A stretch of DNA of 64,000 bases from an uncultured Acidobacteriota bacterium (GTDB lineage: Bacteria > Acidobacteriota > Thermoanaerobaculia > UBA5066). Below the pieces are notes generated by a model that saw nothing but the letters and a program-made list of their open reading frames with translations, did not search any database and was not told the DNA's origin. Of this stretch, positions 51,291-61,502 are shown piece by piece. The position numbers were made by a program, and so were the translations under genes. The stretch lies in contig CAVZYA010000002.1 of NCBI GenBank assembly GCA_963779415.1, forward strand, positions 1,312,001 through 1,376,000. Reading direction: 5' to 3'. How positions within the stretch are numbered: position 1 is the stretch's first letter; every line of letters starts with the position of its first letter.

Positions 51291-51683
51291 ATGCACAGGC
51301 TCATGCAGTTCCCCACGGCAGTGAAGCGAGATCCCGCTGTCGATGCCTGGATTACGCAGCATCCGGGCGAGCTCGGGGCAATCGCCCGAAGGTGGTTCGA
51401 AGCCATGCGTTGCTGCGGGAACGATGTTCGAGAGTTGCTTCATGACGGCCACCCGACCGCGTGTGTGGGCGACGCAGCCTTCGGCGACGTCAACGTTTTC
51501 AAGGCGCACGTCACTGTCGGCTTCTTCAACGGCACGGAGATCGCGGATCCCGGGAGTCTGTTGCAGGGGAGTGGTAGGTTTATGAGGCATGTCAAGGTCG
51601 GTCCAGACCGAGCAATCGATTCTGGGGCGCTAGAGAGGCTCATTCACGCTTCTTACGCTGAGATGAAGAGTCATCTAGCGTGA
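51291..51683 (+). CDS. DUF1801-domain protein (cassette-like)
   Basis: VRELLHDGHPTACV, HV.VGFF.G and LLQGSGRFMRHVK; GTTAGAC core at 51219 upstream. Confidence 0.8.
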   Translation: MHRLMQFPTAVKRDPAVDAWITQHPGELGAIARRWFEAMRCCGNDVRELLHDGHPTACVGDAAFGDVNVFKAHVTVGFFNGTEIADPGSLLQGSGRFMRHVKVGPDRAIDSGALERLIHASYAEMKSHLA

Positions 51684-51947
51684 ATCAGAGAGATGCGAGA
51701 TGCGGGGCCAGGTCTGCGTTGTTGCGGATCGCGGGTGCGTCATTTTCGGGGAGACCGACCTTCTCATCCCGTGTCGCTTCGCCTTACGAAACGCCCGACG
51801 AATCCCTTGTCTCGGTAGCTGAAGAGGTCTTCCTGGAACTCGACCAGCGCAGATTCCGATAGTGGCACGTCAATCGCTGGCTGGGCTTTAGCCCCAGCTA
51901 GAAACTCGTTGCCGCGGCGTCGGTCGGGGCCAGATCCGCCAGAGTCC

Positions 51948-52415
51948 TCAGCGCTTCTCGCGGACGGTGAGGACGGGGATGGGGGAGAGGCGGAGGACCC
52001 TCTCCGCCGTCGAGCCGATCAGGAGCTTCTCGATGGCGCCGCGCCCGTGCGTTCCGAGGACGATGAGCGACGCCTTCATCTTCAGCGCCGTCTCGACGAG
52101 GGTGTCGGAGGGGCGTCCCCAGACGATCTCGGAGGTGGCCGCGATGCCGCGCTTCTCCGCGGAGGCGACGGCGCGCGCCAGTCTCTTCTCCGTCGCCTCC
52201 TCCCACTCCTTCTGCGTCGTCACGTCGAGGAAGGGGAGGGCACCCGCGACGTCGAATGCCTGGATCGGCTCGACGAGGACGTGGAGAAGGTGGATCTTCG
52301 CCCCTTGCGACGCCGCGAGGGAGATGGCGATCTCGAACGCACGGGCCGCACAGAGCGAGAAATCGGTGCCGACGAGGATCGACTTCAGGACCGGTCCCTG
52401 TTTCCGTCGCTTCAT
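51948..52415 (-). CDS. Universal stress protein
   Basis: ILVGTDFS and LIVLGTHGRG..LIGSTAERV. Confidence 0.9.
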   Translation of the reverse strand: MKRRKQGPVLKSILVGTDFSLCAARAFEIAISLAASQGAKIHLLHVLVEPIQAFDVAGALPFLDVTTQKEWEEATEKRLARAVASAEKRGIAATSEIVWGRPSDTLVETALKMKASLIVLGTHGRGAIEKLLIGSTAERVLRLSPIPVLTVREKR

Positions 52416-52441
52416 GGCCAATCCTCCTTCTTCTTTCTCCC

Positions 52442-53803
52442 TCAAGGATGGCGCCTCGCGCGGAGTTTTTCCACCGCCGCCACGACCTCCCCCTCCGTCG
52501 GCCGGAGGGTCGAAGTGGGGGACGGCGCTCCCCGCCGGTAGAGCGGGACGCCGTCGACGTAGGTCGCCGTCACGTGACTCCGGTCGAAGGACCAGACGAT
52601 CGGCCCGTAGGGGTCGTCCCGCCACGCCGTCGGGCCGGCGAAACCGGCCGCGGGGTCGAGGAGGACGAAGTCGGCGCGCTTTCCCGGCTCGAGAGTCCCG
52701 ACGTGGGAGAGGCCGAGCGCGGAGGCGCCGTCCGCGGTCGCCATCCGGACCACCTCGAAGGCCGAGAGCGGCCGCCCGCCGGGCGCGATCCGGGAGAGCT
52801 GTGCCGCGAGGCGCATCTCGGAAAACGCGTCGAGACGGTCGTTGCACGGCGCGCCGTCGGCGCCGATCGTGACCCGGATCCCGCGCGCGAGGTAATCCGC
52901 GACCGGGCAGATTCCGGACGAGAGCTTCACGTTCGAGGATGGACAGTGCGCGATCCGGGTGCCGCGCGAGGCGAGAAGGGCGCGATCCTCGCCGTCCGTG
53001 TGGATGACGTGGGCGAGGACTACGTCCGGGCCCGAGAAGCCGACGTCGTGCAGGTACCGGACGTTCGAGCGGCCGCTCCTCCCGCGCACGAGACGAACCT
53101 CGTCGACGTTCTCCGCCGCATGGGTCTGGAGGAGGAGGCCGTCCGCGCGGGCCCGGTCGGCGGCGCCGCGGAGAGCTTCTTCCGTGCAGGAGAGGACGAA
53201 GCGGGGGGAATACGCGACGCGAAGCCTCCCCCCGCCGGCTCCGTGCCAGCGCGCCGCGAGGCGCGCCGTCTCGTCGAGCCCCTCGCGCGTCGTCGTGCGG
53301 AGATGAGGCGGGGTCGACTCCGGATCGTCCATCAGGGCGTTCCCGGAGGCGACGCGCGCCCCCGACGCGGCCGCCGCGCGAAAGACGGCGTCCGTGTGCC
53401 GGACCGAGGCCATGTCGAGGAGCGACGTCGTCCCTCCGGCGATCAGCTCGGCGAGGCCGAGGCGCGCGGAGATCTCCATCGTCTCCTCGTCGTGCGCCGC
53501 CTCCCCCGGGAAGACGTGCGCCGAGAGCCAGAAGAGGAGCGGGAGGTCGTCCGGCCCGTTCCGGAGGAGCGTCTGGCAGAGATGGACGTGCGTCTGGACG
53601 AATCCCGGGAGGAGCCAGAGGCCGGCCGCGTCGAGCCGGTCGAGCGGCTTCCCCGCGGACGCGATCTCCGCTCCGCGCCGGCGTGCCTCGCCGTGAAGGG
53701 CGGCGATCGCGCCCTCCTCGACGAGGACTGCTCCGCCGTGGACCACGTCCCCCTCCCGCGCCATCCCGATCACGAGCGCGTTCTCGACGAGGAGGGGGGT
53801 CAT
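52442..53803 (-). CDS. Metal-dependent amidohydrolase (5'-deoxyadenosine/MTA-SAH deaminase-like)
   Basis: PGFVQTHVHLCQ, THAAEN, HCPSSN.KL and GADG..CND. Confidence 0.82.
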   Translation of the reverse strand: MTPLLVENALVIGMAREGDVVHGGAVLVEEGAIAALHGEARRRGAEIASAGKPLDRLDAAGLWLLPGFVQTHVHLCQTLLRNGPDDLPLLFWLSAHVFPGEAAHDEETMEISARLGLAELIAGGTTSLLDMASVRHTDAVFRAAAASGARVASGNALMDDPESTPPHLRTTTREGLDETARLAARWHGAGGGRLRVAYSPRFVLSCTEEALRGAADRARADGLLLQTHAAENVDEVRLVRGRSGRSNVRYLHDVGFSGPDVVLAHVIHTDGEDRALLASRGTRIAHCPSSNVKLSSGICPVADYLARGIRVTIGADGAPCNDRLDAFSEMRLAAQLSRIAPGGRPLSAFEVVRMATADGASALGLSHVGTLEPGKRADFVLLDPAAGFAGPTAWRDDPYGPIVWSFDRSHVTATYVDGVPLYRRGAPSPTSTLRPTEGEVVAAVEKLRARRHP

Positions 53804-53885
53804 GGCGGCTCGATTATGGGGCCGTGGGAAGGGCCGTATCGTCCCCTCGGCGCGCGGCCCGTTGCTAGACTCGGAAGTCATTCGC

Positions 53886-56423
53886 GTGGGGAAAGGCTGC
53901 CGTCTCCGGCCATGGGCGCGGCGTGTCGCCGCCGCCGTCCTGTCGGGTGCCTGCGCCGCGGCGGCCGCGTCCCCGCCCGGGACCGCGCGCGGCTTCCGGG
54001 TCGGCCCGCCTTCCGCATGGGTCGAGCGAGTCCCCTTCGATCCGGCGTCTCCGTCTCCGGCTGGAGCGAGCACGGACGGCACGGCCCACCTTCTCCTGGA
54101 ATCGCAGGAGCACGTCGGCCTGGGAGCCACGTTCTTCCGGTACGCGCGCCGGCTGCAGGGAGCGGCCGCCGTCGAAGGCAACTCCGAACTCTCCTTCGCG
54201 TGGGACCCGTCCTATCAGACAGTCACGCTGCACGAGGTCTCGATCTATCGCGGAGGCGTGCGCCGGAACGCGCTCCGCCCGGAGAAAGTGCGCATCCTCG
54301 AGCGCGAAAGGGATCTCGAATTCAAGCTGCTCGACGGGAGGCTCACAGCCGTCGTCGTGCTCGAAGACGTCCGGCCGGGGGACGTCCTCGAGTATTCGTT
54401 CACGCGCTCGGGGCGCAACCCGATCTTCGGGCCGCGCTGGGCGTCCACTTTCTGGACCGGCTCGACGGTGCCGGCCGGCCGCATCCGCCGCCGCGTCTTT
54501 CTGCCTCCAGGCCGGGAGGTCGCGTTTCGTCTCTATGCCGGAGCGCCCATGCCGATCGAGCGGGTCGGCAAACGCGGTCGCGACCTCGTCTGGGATTCGA
54601 CGGACGTACCCGCGACGATCGTGGACTCCAGCCTGCCGCCCGACGTCGAGGTCGTTCCGAGGGTGCAATTCTCGGAGTGGGCCAGCTGGGGGGACGTCGC
54701 GGCCTGGGCAGCAGGGAACTTCCGCGCAGACCCCGCCGGGATCCCGGCCGATCTCGTCGAACGCCTTCGCAAGCCGGGCCGGGCCCCGGCCGAGACGACG
54801 GCCGAGGCGCTCCGTTTCGTGCAGGACGAGGTCCGCTTCCTCGGCGTCGAGATGGGCGTCTCCTCACACGCGCCGGCGCGGCCCGAAGAGGTCCTGCGGC
54901 GCCGCTTCGGGGATTGCAAGGACAAGGCGCTCCTTCTCGTGTCGCTCCTCCGCGCGCTCGGGATCGAGGCGGACGCGGCCCTCGTCTCCCTCGGCGATGA
55001 GCGCGCGGTCGCGGGCTTCCTTCCCGCGCCCGACGTCTTCGACCACGCGATCGTCCGCGTGAAGATCGGGATGGACGCCTTCTGGCTCGACCCAACGCGG
55101 CGTCAGCGGCGCGGGGCCCTCGCGGACCTCGTGCACGCGGATGTCGGGAAGGCGCTCGTCCTCGAAGCCGGAGCGCAGGGGCTCACGGACGTGCCTCCCC
55201 TCCCGGGCCGGCTCGCGCGCCGAACGGTGCGAAACGTGATCGTGATCCGGGAAAAAGGTCCGGCGGCCTATACGGTCACGACGACCGCGACGGGTTCCGG
55301 CGCCGACGCGATACGCGAGGATTGGGCCGGGACGCGCCCGGCGGACATCGAGAAGAGCTGTCTCGAGTTCTACACGCATCGCTATCCGGGAATCCGTGCG
55401 GTGGGCGCGCCCGAGCTGAAGGACGACGCCCCGGACGGCTCGGTGACGACCGTCGAGCGTTACGAGATCGACAATCTCTTCCGCGGCGACCCGCGCCAGG
55501 CCGACTTCTACGCCGAGGAAGTGCGGGACCGGTTCGTCCAGATCTCGGACCCCGGCCGCAAGACACCCTACGCTCTCCCGTTCCCCGGAGAAACGGTGGA
55601 GACCGTCGAGATCACCTTTCCAAAGGAGTGGTACGTGGCTCCCCTCGAGGCGTCGCTGAAGAACCCGTGGCTGGAGTTCTCCCTCCGAAGCGCGCCGAGG
55701 CCGAAGGGTGTCGTCCTGACCTGGGAACTTCGCTACAAGGCGGCGGCCGTGCCGGCGGCGGACATCCGGCGCTTCGCCCACGACGTTCGGACGGCGATCG
55801 ACCAGCTCGGTTTCACGCTGCCGTGGGGCGGCGACCCGCGGCCGCGCGTGGGGATGGAGCGTGTGAACTGGCCTGTCGCGTTTTCGACCCTCCTCCTCGC
55901 GGCGGTTCTCGCATTTCTCGCCGTCAAGGTCCTGTCCGGAGCGCCGATGGCGCCGGCGCCGCCGCTCCTGGACGACGCGCCTTACGAGGGCCTCGGCGGA
56001 TGGCTCCTCTTCGTCGGATTCGCCGTGCTCGCGCGGCCGGTCTATCTCGTCGTCACGATCGTCCGGGAGCAGAAGGGGCTGTTCGACGTCGAGACGTGGG
56101 AGAGCTTCACGGCACCGAGCCAGCACCGCGCTCTCGCGGCCGTCGCGCTCGCAGAGCTCGGCGTGAACCTCGCCCTGCTCGCGCTCGGCGTGACGGTCGT
56201 CGTCGCGTTCTTCGGGAAGAAACGGCGTTTCGTTCCCCTCTTCGCGACACAGCTCGTCCTGACGCCCGTGGTTCTCGCACTGGACGAGGTGGCCGCGCGA
56301 GCTCTCCTGGAGAAGGCCGATCCCAAAGCCGCCTCTCAGGCGGCGGGGATGCTCCTCCCCGTTCTTCTCTGGCTCTGGTACCTCGCGCGGTCCCGCCGGG
56401 TGCGCGCAACCTTCACCCGATGA
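53886..56423 (+). CDS. DUF3857 + transglutaminase-like + DUF2569-like membrane protein
   Basis: FGDCKDK, FDHAI and WLDPT triad; C-terminal GLGGWL...Y..SRRVRATF. Start uncertain. Confidence 0.8.
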   Translation: MGKGCRLRPWARRVAAAVLSGACAAAAASPPGTARGFRVGPPSAWVERVPFDPASPSPAGASTDGTAHLLLESQEHVGLGATFFRYARRLQGAAAVEGNSELSFAWDPSYQTVTLHEVSIYRGGVRRNALRPEKVRILERERDLEFKLLDGRLTAVVVLEDVRPGDVLEYSFTRSGRNPIFGPRWASTFWTGSTVPAGRIRRRVFLPPGREVAFRLYAGAPMPIERVGKRGRDLVWDSTDVPATIVDSSLPPDVEVVPRVQFSEWASWGDVAAWAAGNFRADPAGIPADLVERLRKPGRAPAETTAEALRFVQDEVRFLGVEMGVSSHAPARPEEVLRRRFGDCKDKALLLVSLLRALGIEADAALVSLGDERAVAGFLPAPDVFDHAIVRVKIGMDAFWLDPTRRQRRGALADLVHADVGKALVLEAGAQGLTDVPPLPGRLARRTVRNVIVIREKGPAAYTVTTTATGSGADAIREDWAGTRPADIEKSCLEFYTHRYPGIRAVGAPELKDDAPDGSVTTVERYEIDNLFRGDPRQADFYAEEVRDRFVQISDPGRKTPYALPFPGETVETVEITFPKEWYVAPLEASLKNPWLEFSLRSAPRPKGVVLTWELRYKAAAVPAADIRRFAHDVRTAIDQLGFTLPWGGDPRPRVGMERVNWPVAFSTLLLAAVLAFLAVKVLSGAPMAPAPPLLDDAPYEGLGGWLLFVGFAVLARPVYLVVTIVREQKGLFDVETWESFTAPSQHRALAAVALAELGVNLALLALGVTVVVAFFGKKRRFVPLFATQLVLTPVVLALDEVAARALLEKADPKAASQAAGMLLPVLLWLWYLARSRRVRATFTR

Positions 56424-56928
56424 GGAGCGCCCCCTCGTGGACGAGGAGCCAGCGCTTCCGCGCGACGCCGCCGCCGTAGCCCGAAAGCGCGCCGTCCGAC
56501 GCGATGACCCGGTGGCACGGAACGACGACCGAAACGGGGTTCCGCGCGTTCGCGCCGGCGACCGCGCGGACCGCCGAGGGAGAGCCGATCGTGCGCGCGA
56601 GCTCCCCGTACGAAATCGTCTTCCCGGCGGGAATCCTCCGGAGCGCGGCCCAGACCTTTTCCTGGAACGGCGTCCCCGCGGTGTCCACCTCGAGGGCGTC
56701 GAGAGCCGTCACGTCACCCGCGAAGTAGCGGCGGAGCGCGCGTCCCGGCGCGCCCCCCCCGGCATCGCGCTCCCACGAGACCTCTCCGAACCGCGCCGCC
56801 GTCTCGTCGCGGAGTCTGGGCCAGTGGTCCGCGAAGCCGAGCGCGCAGATCCGGCTTCCGCGGCGCGCGAAGATCACGGGACCGGCCGGAGTTTCGATCT
56901 CGGTGACGTGAAGGGTGACGGGGCTCAT
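56413..56928 (-). CDS. ogt: Methylated-DNA--protein-cysteine methyltransferase
   Basis: GTPFQ..VW..L..IP.G and PCHRV active site. Confidence 0.92.
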   Translation of the reverse strand: MSPVTLHVTEIETPAGPVIFARRGSRICALGFADHWPRLRDETAARFGEVSWERDAGGGAPGRALRRYFAGDVTALDALEVDTAGTPFQEKVWAALRRIPAGKTISYGELARTIGSPSAVRAVAGANARNPVSVVVPCHRVIASDGALSGYGGGVARKRWLLVHEGALLIG

Positions 56929-58418
56929 CGGGCCTCCTTGCCGGGGCCGGCAGAAAGTGATGTCCAGAGGTGGATCGTGGCGTAGGCGCGAAACGGTCTC
57001 CACGCTTCCGCCCGCGCGGCGAGGTCGCGAAGGGCCGCGGGAACGCCGGCCTTCTCGAGCGCGCGGCGCAGTCCGAGGTCGCCGGAGGGGAACGCGTCCG
57101 GCTCGCCGAGAGCGCGGAGCGCGACGACCTGCGCCGTCCACGGTCCGATTCCGGGAAGCGCGACGAGGCGCGACTCGAAATCCGCGAGGCCCCGCGGCGC
57201 CGAGAAGTCGATGCGCCCCGATGCGAAGGCGCGGGCGAGGGCCCGGATCGCCTCGGCGCGGGCGCGGGGAAGACCGATCCGGGAGAGGTCCGCCCGCGCG
57301 AGTGAAGTCGGCGAGGGGAAGACGTGCGTCAGGTCCGGATCCGGTGCGTCCCCTTCGATCCTCGTCCCGAAGGTCTCGACGAGCCGCCCGGCGAGCGTCC
57401 GGGCGCCGCGCACGGAGACCTGCTGGCCGAGGATCGCGCGGACGGAGACCTCGAATGGATCCCACGCCCCGGGGACGCGGAGACCGGGGCGCGCGGCGAC
57501 GAGCGGAGCGAGGACGGGATCCCGGCCGAGTGTTTCGCCGATCGCAAGCGGGTCCGCGTCGACGTCGAAGACGCGGCCGGAGCGCCGGACGAGGTCCAGA
57601 AGGTCCGGGCCGAACGGCGGCCGGAGCGAAAGGAGGAGGTGATCGCGCCCTTCCTCGTACGTCGCAGTCAGAAAGCCGGTCCGCCCCCGGCTCTCGAACG
57701 TCCTCGAATAGGAAAGCCCGCGCACGGACTCGACGCCGGGGAGCGCGCGTGCCTCGAGAAAGGAGAAGAGCGAATTCGCGTCGAACGGGAGCCTGACGGG
57801 GATCTTCAGGCTGAGGGATTGCGTCGTCGAAGCGCTCGTCCTCGCCGTGCGCTCTTTTCGTCCCGAATCTTTCCGAAGCTCGCGAGGAGAGCGGTGGAAC
57901 GTCTCTTGGATCGCGTCGTTGAATCGGCGGACGCTTTCGAAACCCGACGCGAACGCGACCTCCGAGACCGGGAGCGAAGTCTCGTCGAGCAGCCGCCGCG
58001 CGAAATGGACGCGGTGGGTCCGCCGGAGTGAAGCGGGGGACGCGCCGACGTGCTCCGCGAAGAGGCGCCGAAGGTGGCGCGATCCGAGGCCGAGGCTCCC
58101 GGCGAGCGTCTCGACGGATTCGTGCCCGGCGCCGGCGAAGAGACGTTTCAGCGCGCGCGAGACGGTCGCCGACGTCCCGTCCCAGACGGGAGATCCGGGA
58201 GCTGTCTCCGGCCGGCAGCGGAGGCAGGGGCGGAAGCCGTCCTCCTCGGCCGCCGCGGCGAAGGCGAAGAAGCGCATGTTTCGCGGCTTCGGCAGCGGGG
58301 CGGGGCAGCCCGGGCGGCAGTAGACGCCGGTCGTCACGACGCCGACGAAGAGACGCCCCGCGAACCGGGTGTCTCGGGCGAGGACAGCGCGTGTGGCGGC
58401 TTCGGGGGTGAGATCCAC
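56925..58418 (-). CDS. alkA: Ada metal-binding/AraC HTH fused to AlkA DNA-3-methyladenine glycosylase
   Basis: TTGVYCRPGC..RPCLRC, AraC HTH, GQQVS, LPGIGPWTA and WRPFRAYA. Confidence 0.9.
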   Translation of the reverse strand: MDLTPEAATRAVLARDTRFAGRLFVGVVTTGVYCRPGCPAPLPKPRNMRFFAFAAAAEEDGFRPCLRCRPETAPGSPVWDGTSATVSRALKRLFAGAGHESVETLAGSLGLGSRHLRRLFAEHVGASPASLRRTHRVHFARRLLDETSLPVSEVAFASGFESVRRFNDAIQETFHRSPRELRKDSGRKERTARTSASTTQSLSLKIPVRLPFDANSLFSFLEARALPGVESVRGLSYSRTFESRGRTGFLTATYEEGRDHLLLSLRPPFGPDLLDLVRRSGRVFDVDADPLAIGETLGRDPVLAPLVAARPGLRVPGAWDPFEVSVRAILGQQVSVRGARTLAGRLVETFGTRIEGDAPDPDLTHVFPSPTSLARADLSRIGLPRARAEAIRALARAFASGRIDFSAPRGLADFESRLVALPGIGPWTAQVVALRALGEPDAFPSGDLGLRRALEKAGVPAALRDLAARAEAWRPFRAYATIHLWTSLSAGPGKEAR

Positions 58419-58460
58419 GTTTCCTCCGGACGGGAATGTATCCCCTCGCGTCCGGAAGAA

Positions 58461-58478
58461 CTGGCTGTTTTCGGACAT
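58461..58478 (-). promoter_or_regulatory. Putative Ada-box-like site upstream of adaA-alkA
   Basis: ATGTCCGAAAACAGCCAG on the minus strand upstream of a TACATT -10-like hexamer and GGAGG RBS; assignment is inferred from position. Confidence 0.4.
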
Positions 58479-58515
58479 GGCTCTCCGGGCCCGCGCGGCG
58501 GCCGAGGAGAGAGGC

Positions 58516-59148
58516 TCAGGGGGCGGGAGGTTCGGGCGGCGCGGGATCGTCCGGGAGGTCGGCGGCCGGGGCACCGCCGAGGCCGAGGCGATCGGCGATC
58601 GGAATCTGCGAGGCGAGGACGAGGGCGATCAGCTCGGGGAGCGGCGTCCCCCACTCTTCGGCCCCCTTCGTCACGTAGCTCCGGTCCACGGTCCGCGCGA
58701 ACGACTTTTCCTTCAGGCGCTTCAGGACCGACTCGACCGGGACGTCCGCGATCTTCTTCGTCGGGCGGATCAGCGCGCACGCGCCGACGAATCCGGTCAG
58801 CTCGTCCGCGGCGAGGATCGCTTTCTCCATTCGCGACTCGCGCGGAATCCCGGTGTAGAACGCGTGAGAGCCGATCGCCTTGATGATCGCCTCGGGCCAG
58901 CCGCGTGCCCGGAGGATCTCCATCCCGCGGAAGACGTGGTCCTGTTCCGTAGGGTACTTCTCGTAATCGAAATCGTGGAGCATTCCGACGAGCCCCCACG
59001 TCTCGATCTCCGCAGGGTCGGAGACGCCCGCGGCGCGGGCGAGGTGCCTCATCGTGGCTTCCACGGCAAGGGCGTGGCGGCGGAGCGGCTGGGATTTCGT
59101 GTACTCGCAGAGGAGGGCCCATGCGGCGGCGCGGGAAGGAATCGTCAT
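58516..59148 (-). CDS. HD-domain phosphohydrolase
   Basis: RH.LAVE, LHDFDYE and DELTG. Confidence 0.82.
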   Translation of the reverse strand: MTIPSRAAAWALLCEYTKSQPLRRHALAVEATMRHLARAAGVSDPAEIETWGLVGMLHDFDYEKYPTEQDHVFRGMEILRARGWPEAIIKAIGSHAFYTGIPRESRMEKAILAADELTGFVGACALIRPTKKIADVPVESVLKRLKEKSFARTVDRSYVTKGAEEWGTPLPELIALVLASQIPIADRLGLGGAPAADLPDDPAPPEPPAP

Positions 59149-59323
59149 CCCCGTATGGTGCACCCGCAGGGGGACTTTTCCCCGCCGAAAAACAGGAGCG
59201 ATTGGTCCTTTATAGCATTTTTGCACTGAAAATGGTGCATTTCGTCGCATTTCTATTGACAAAAGCAGCAACTGCGTCAAAATCGCGCCCCGTCATGGCC
59301 CTTCCGGCCCATTTCGATAAGGA

Positions 59324-60673
59324 GTGAAGAAGATGGCGATGAACGCGGCAGACATCCTGAAGCGCTGCGACAAGGAGGGGGTCCGCTTCCTGAGGCTCAA
59401 ATTCACGGACATCCTCGGCGTCAACAAGAACGTCGAGGTGCCGCGCTCGCAGTTCGAGAAGGCGCTGGATGGCGAGATCCAGTTCGACGGCTCGTCGATC
59501 GAGGGCTTCGTCCGGATCCAGGAATCCGACATGGGCCTCGTCCCGGACCTGAGCACGTTCCAGATCTTCCCTTGGTCACACCCGAACGGTAAGGTCGCCC
59601 GGCTCGTCTGCGACATCATCGAGCCGGACGGCAAGCCTTTCGCCGGCTGCCCTCGTGGAGCGCTGAAGCGGCAGATGGAGAAGGCGAAGGCTCTGGGCTA
59701 TGAGCTGATGACCGGGCCCGAGGCCGAGTTCTTCCTCTTCCGCCGTGACGCCTCCGGCGACCCCGTCGTCGACACGCACGACGAAGGGGGCTACTTCGAC
59801 CTCACGCCCGTCGACCGGGGCGAGGACGCCCGGCGGGACATCGTGGTGGCCCTCGAGGCGATGGGCTTCGAGGTCGAGGCGGCGCACCACGAGGTCGCCC
59901 CCGGTCAGCACGAGATCGATTTCAAGTACGGGAACGCCGTCCACACGGCCGACAACGTCACGACGTTCAAGCTGATCGTCAAGAAAGTCGCCCTCGACCA
60001 CGGCCTCCACGCGACCTTCATGCCGAAGCCGATTTTCGGCGTGAATGGCTCCGGAATGCACGTTCACCAGTCCCTCATGACCGGCTCCGGCGCGAACGTG
60101 AAGAACGCCTTCTTCGACGCGAAAGCGAAGTACCAGCTCTCCGCCGTGGCGATGCAGTACATCGCCGGGGTCCTGAAGCACGCACGCGCCATTTCGGCGG
60201 TGACGAATCCCCTGGTCAATTCCTACAAGCGGCTCGTCCCGGGGTACGAGGCGCCGGTGAACGTGGCTTGGTCCGAGCGCAACCGCTCGCCGATGATCCG
60301 CATTCCGGCCCGCCGCGGCATGGGGACGCGCTGCGAGGTCCGGATGCCCGATCCATCGTGCAATCCCTACCTTGCCTTCACGGTCATGCTGGCGGCCGGC
60401 CTGGACGGCATCAAGAACAAGCTTGAGCCCGGCGACCCGGTCAACGAGAACGTCTTCGAAATGTCCGAGCGCGAGAAGAAGCGCCGCAAGATCGAGCAGC
60501 TCCCGGGCAACCTCTCCGAGGCACTCGACTGCCTCGAGAAGGACGACGTCCTGAAGAACGCGCTCGGCGACCACATCCTGACGAACTTCGTCGAAGCGAA
60601 GCGCTCGGAGTGGCACGAGTACATCAGCAAGGTCAGCGGCTGGGAGATCGAGAAGTACCTGAACAAGTTCTGA
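59324..60673 (+). CDS. glnA: Glutamine synthetase type I
   Basis: FDGSSI, HHEVAPGQHEI, NGSGMH, NSYKRLVPGYEAP and RCEVR.PD. Confidence 0.96.
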   Translation: MKKMAMNAADILKRCDKEGVRFLRLKFTDILGVNKNVEVPRSQFEKALDGEIQFDGSSIEGFVRIQESDMGLVPDLSTFQIFPWSHPNGKVARLVCDIIEPDGKPFAGCPRGALKRQMEKAKALGYELMTGPEAEFFLFRRDASGDPVVDTHDEGGYFDLTPVDRGEDARRDIVVALEAMGFEVEAAHHEVAPGQHEIDFKYGNAVHTADNVTTFKLIVKKVALDHGLHATFMPKPIFGVNGSGMHVHQSLMTGSGANVKNAFFDAKAKYQLSAVAMQYIAGVLKHARAISAVTNPLVNSYKRLVPGYEAPVNVAWSERNRSPMIRIPARRGMGTRCEVRMPDPSCNPYLAFTVMLAAGLDGIKNKLEPGDPVNENVFEMSEREKKRRKIEQLPGNLSEALDCLEKDDVLKNALGDHILTNFVEAKRSEWHEYISKVSGWEIEKYLNKF

Positions 60674-60680
60674 AGGGGGT

Positions 60681-61376
60681 CTACAGGGAGAGCTTCGCCC
60701 GCGCCGCGGCGACGACCGTCTCGAGCGCGACATCGAAGCCGAGATCGGGGACGTTGAGAAACAGGTCGTAGCCGGCCGGGTCGTCGATCTCCCTGTGGAA
60801 AGCCTGGCGGATGAAAGCCCGCTGGGCTTCGTCGTTCTCGGCCACGAGACGGCGCGCCTCGTCGAGGGCGACCCCGTGATCGCGCGCGATCTCGGCCACC
60901 CGCGCGTCCGTCGACCCGATCAGCCGGACGCGAAGGCCGCAGGCCGGCGTGAGAAACCATCCCGCGCCGCGGCCGACGAGGACCGCACGCCCCTGCCGGG
61001 CGAGCCGCGCGATGACGCGCATCATCCCGACGAGATAACGGGCCTGTCCGGGGTCCTCGGGGACGATGATGCCGACGAGGTACTCGTCGAACTCCCGGAC
61101 GGCGTGCTCGTCGAGGCGGCTCAGGACCAGTTCGTCGCTGAAGGTCTCCGTCGCGATGGCGGCAAGGATCTCCTTGTCGTACGCGCGCCATCCGAGCTTT
61201 TCGGCAACTTTCGCGGCGAGTTCCGATCCGTGCGAGCCCGCCTGGCGCGAAACGGCGATCCAGGGACCCTCGGCGAGCTTCTCGCCGGCTCCCGCGACCT
61301 CCCGCGACCGGCGGCGAACCTCCGTGAAGAGCCCCTGCCGCGCGGCCATCTCCTCCGTCTTCCGGCTCGAGGTCAT
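60681..61376 (-). CDS. Cytidylate kinase-like family protein
   Basis: IAVSRQAGSHG, VLVGRGA and DP..YDL. Confidence 0.8.
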   Translation of the reverse strand: MTSSRKTEEMAARQGLFTEVRRRSREVAGAGEKLAEGPWIAVSRQAGSHGSELAAKVAEKLGWRAYDKEILAAIATETFSDELVLSRLDEHAVREFDEYLVGIIVPEDPGQARYLVGMMRVIARLARQGRAVLVGRGAGWFLTPACGLRVRLIGSTDARVAEIARDHGVALDEARRLVAENDEAQRAFIRQAFHREIDDPAGYDLFLNVPDLGFDVALETVVAAARAKLSL

Positions 61377-61502
61377 GGCGGCCTCCCTCGGCCCGTGTCG
61401 CCCATGCCACCCCGGCGGAGGGCACCGGGACCTGCCGCAAATTTAGTCCCGGTACGGCCGGATGACACCCCCTTCTTTCGGGAAAAGCGGGCGCCATTTG
61501 CA

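Noticed and set aside
51680-51862. 60-aa ORF as an intact antitoxin gene
   Set aside because: Only the last ~25 residues look protein-like (possible gene remnant); there is no partner toxin and support is insufficient.
59200-59250. Sigma54 promoter for glnA
   Set aside because: Candidate GG...GC spacings are 9 and 11 nt, not the required 10.
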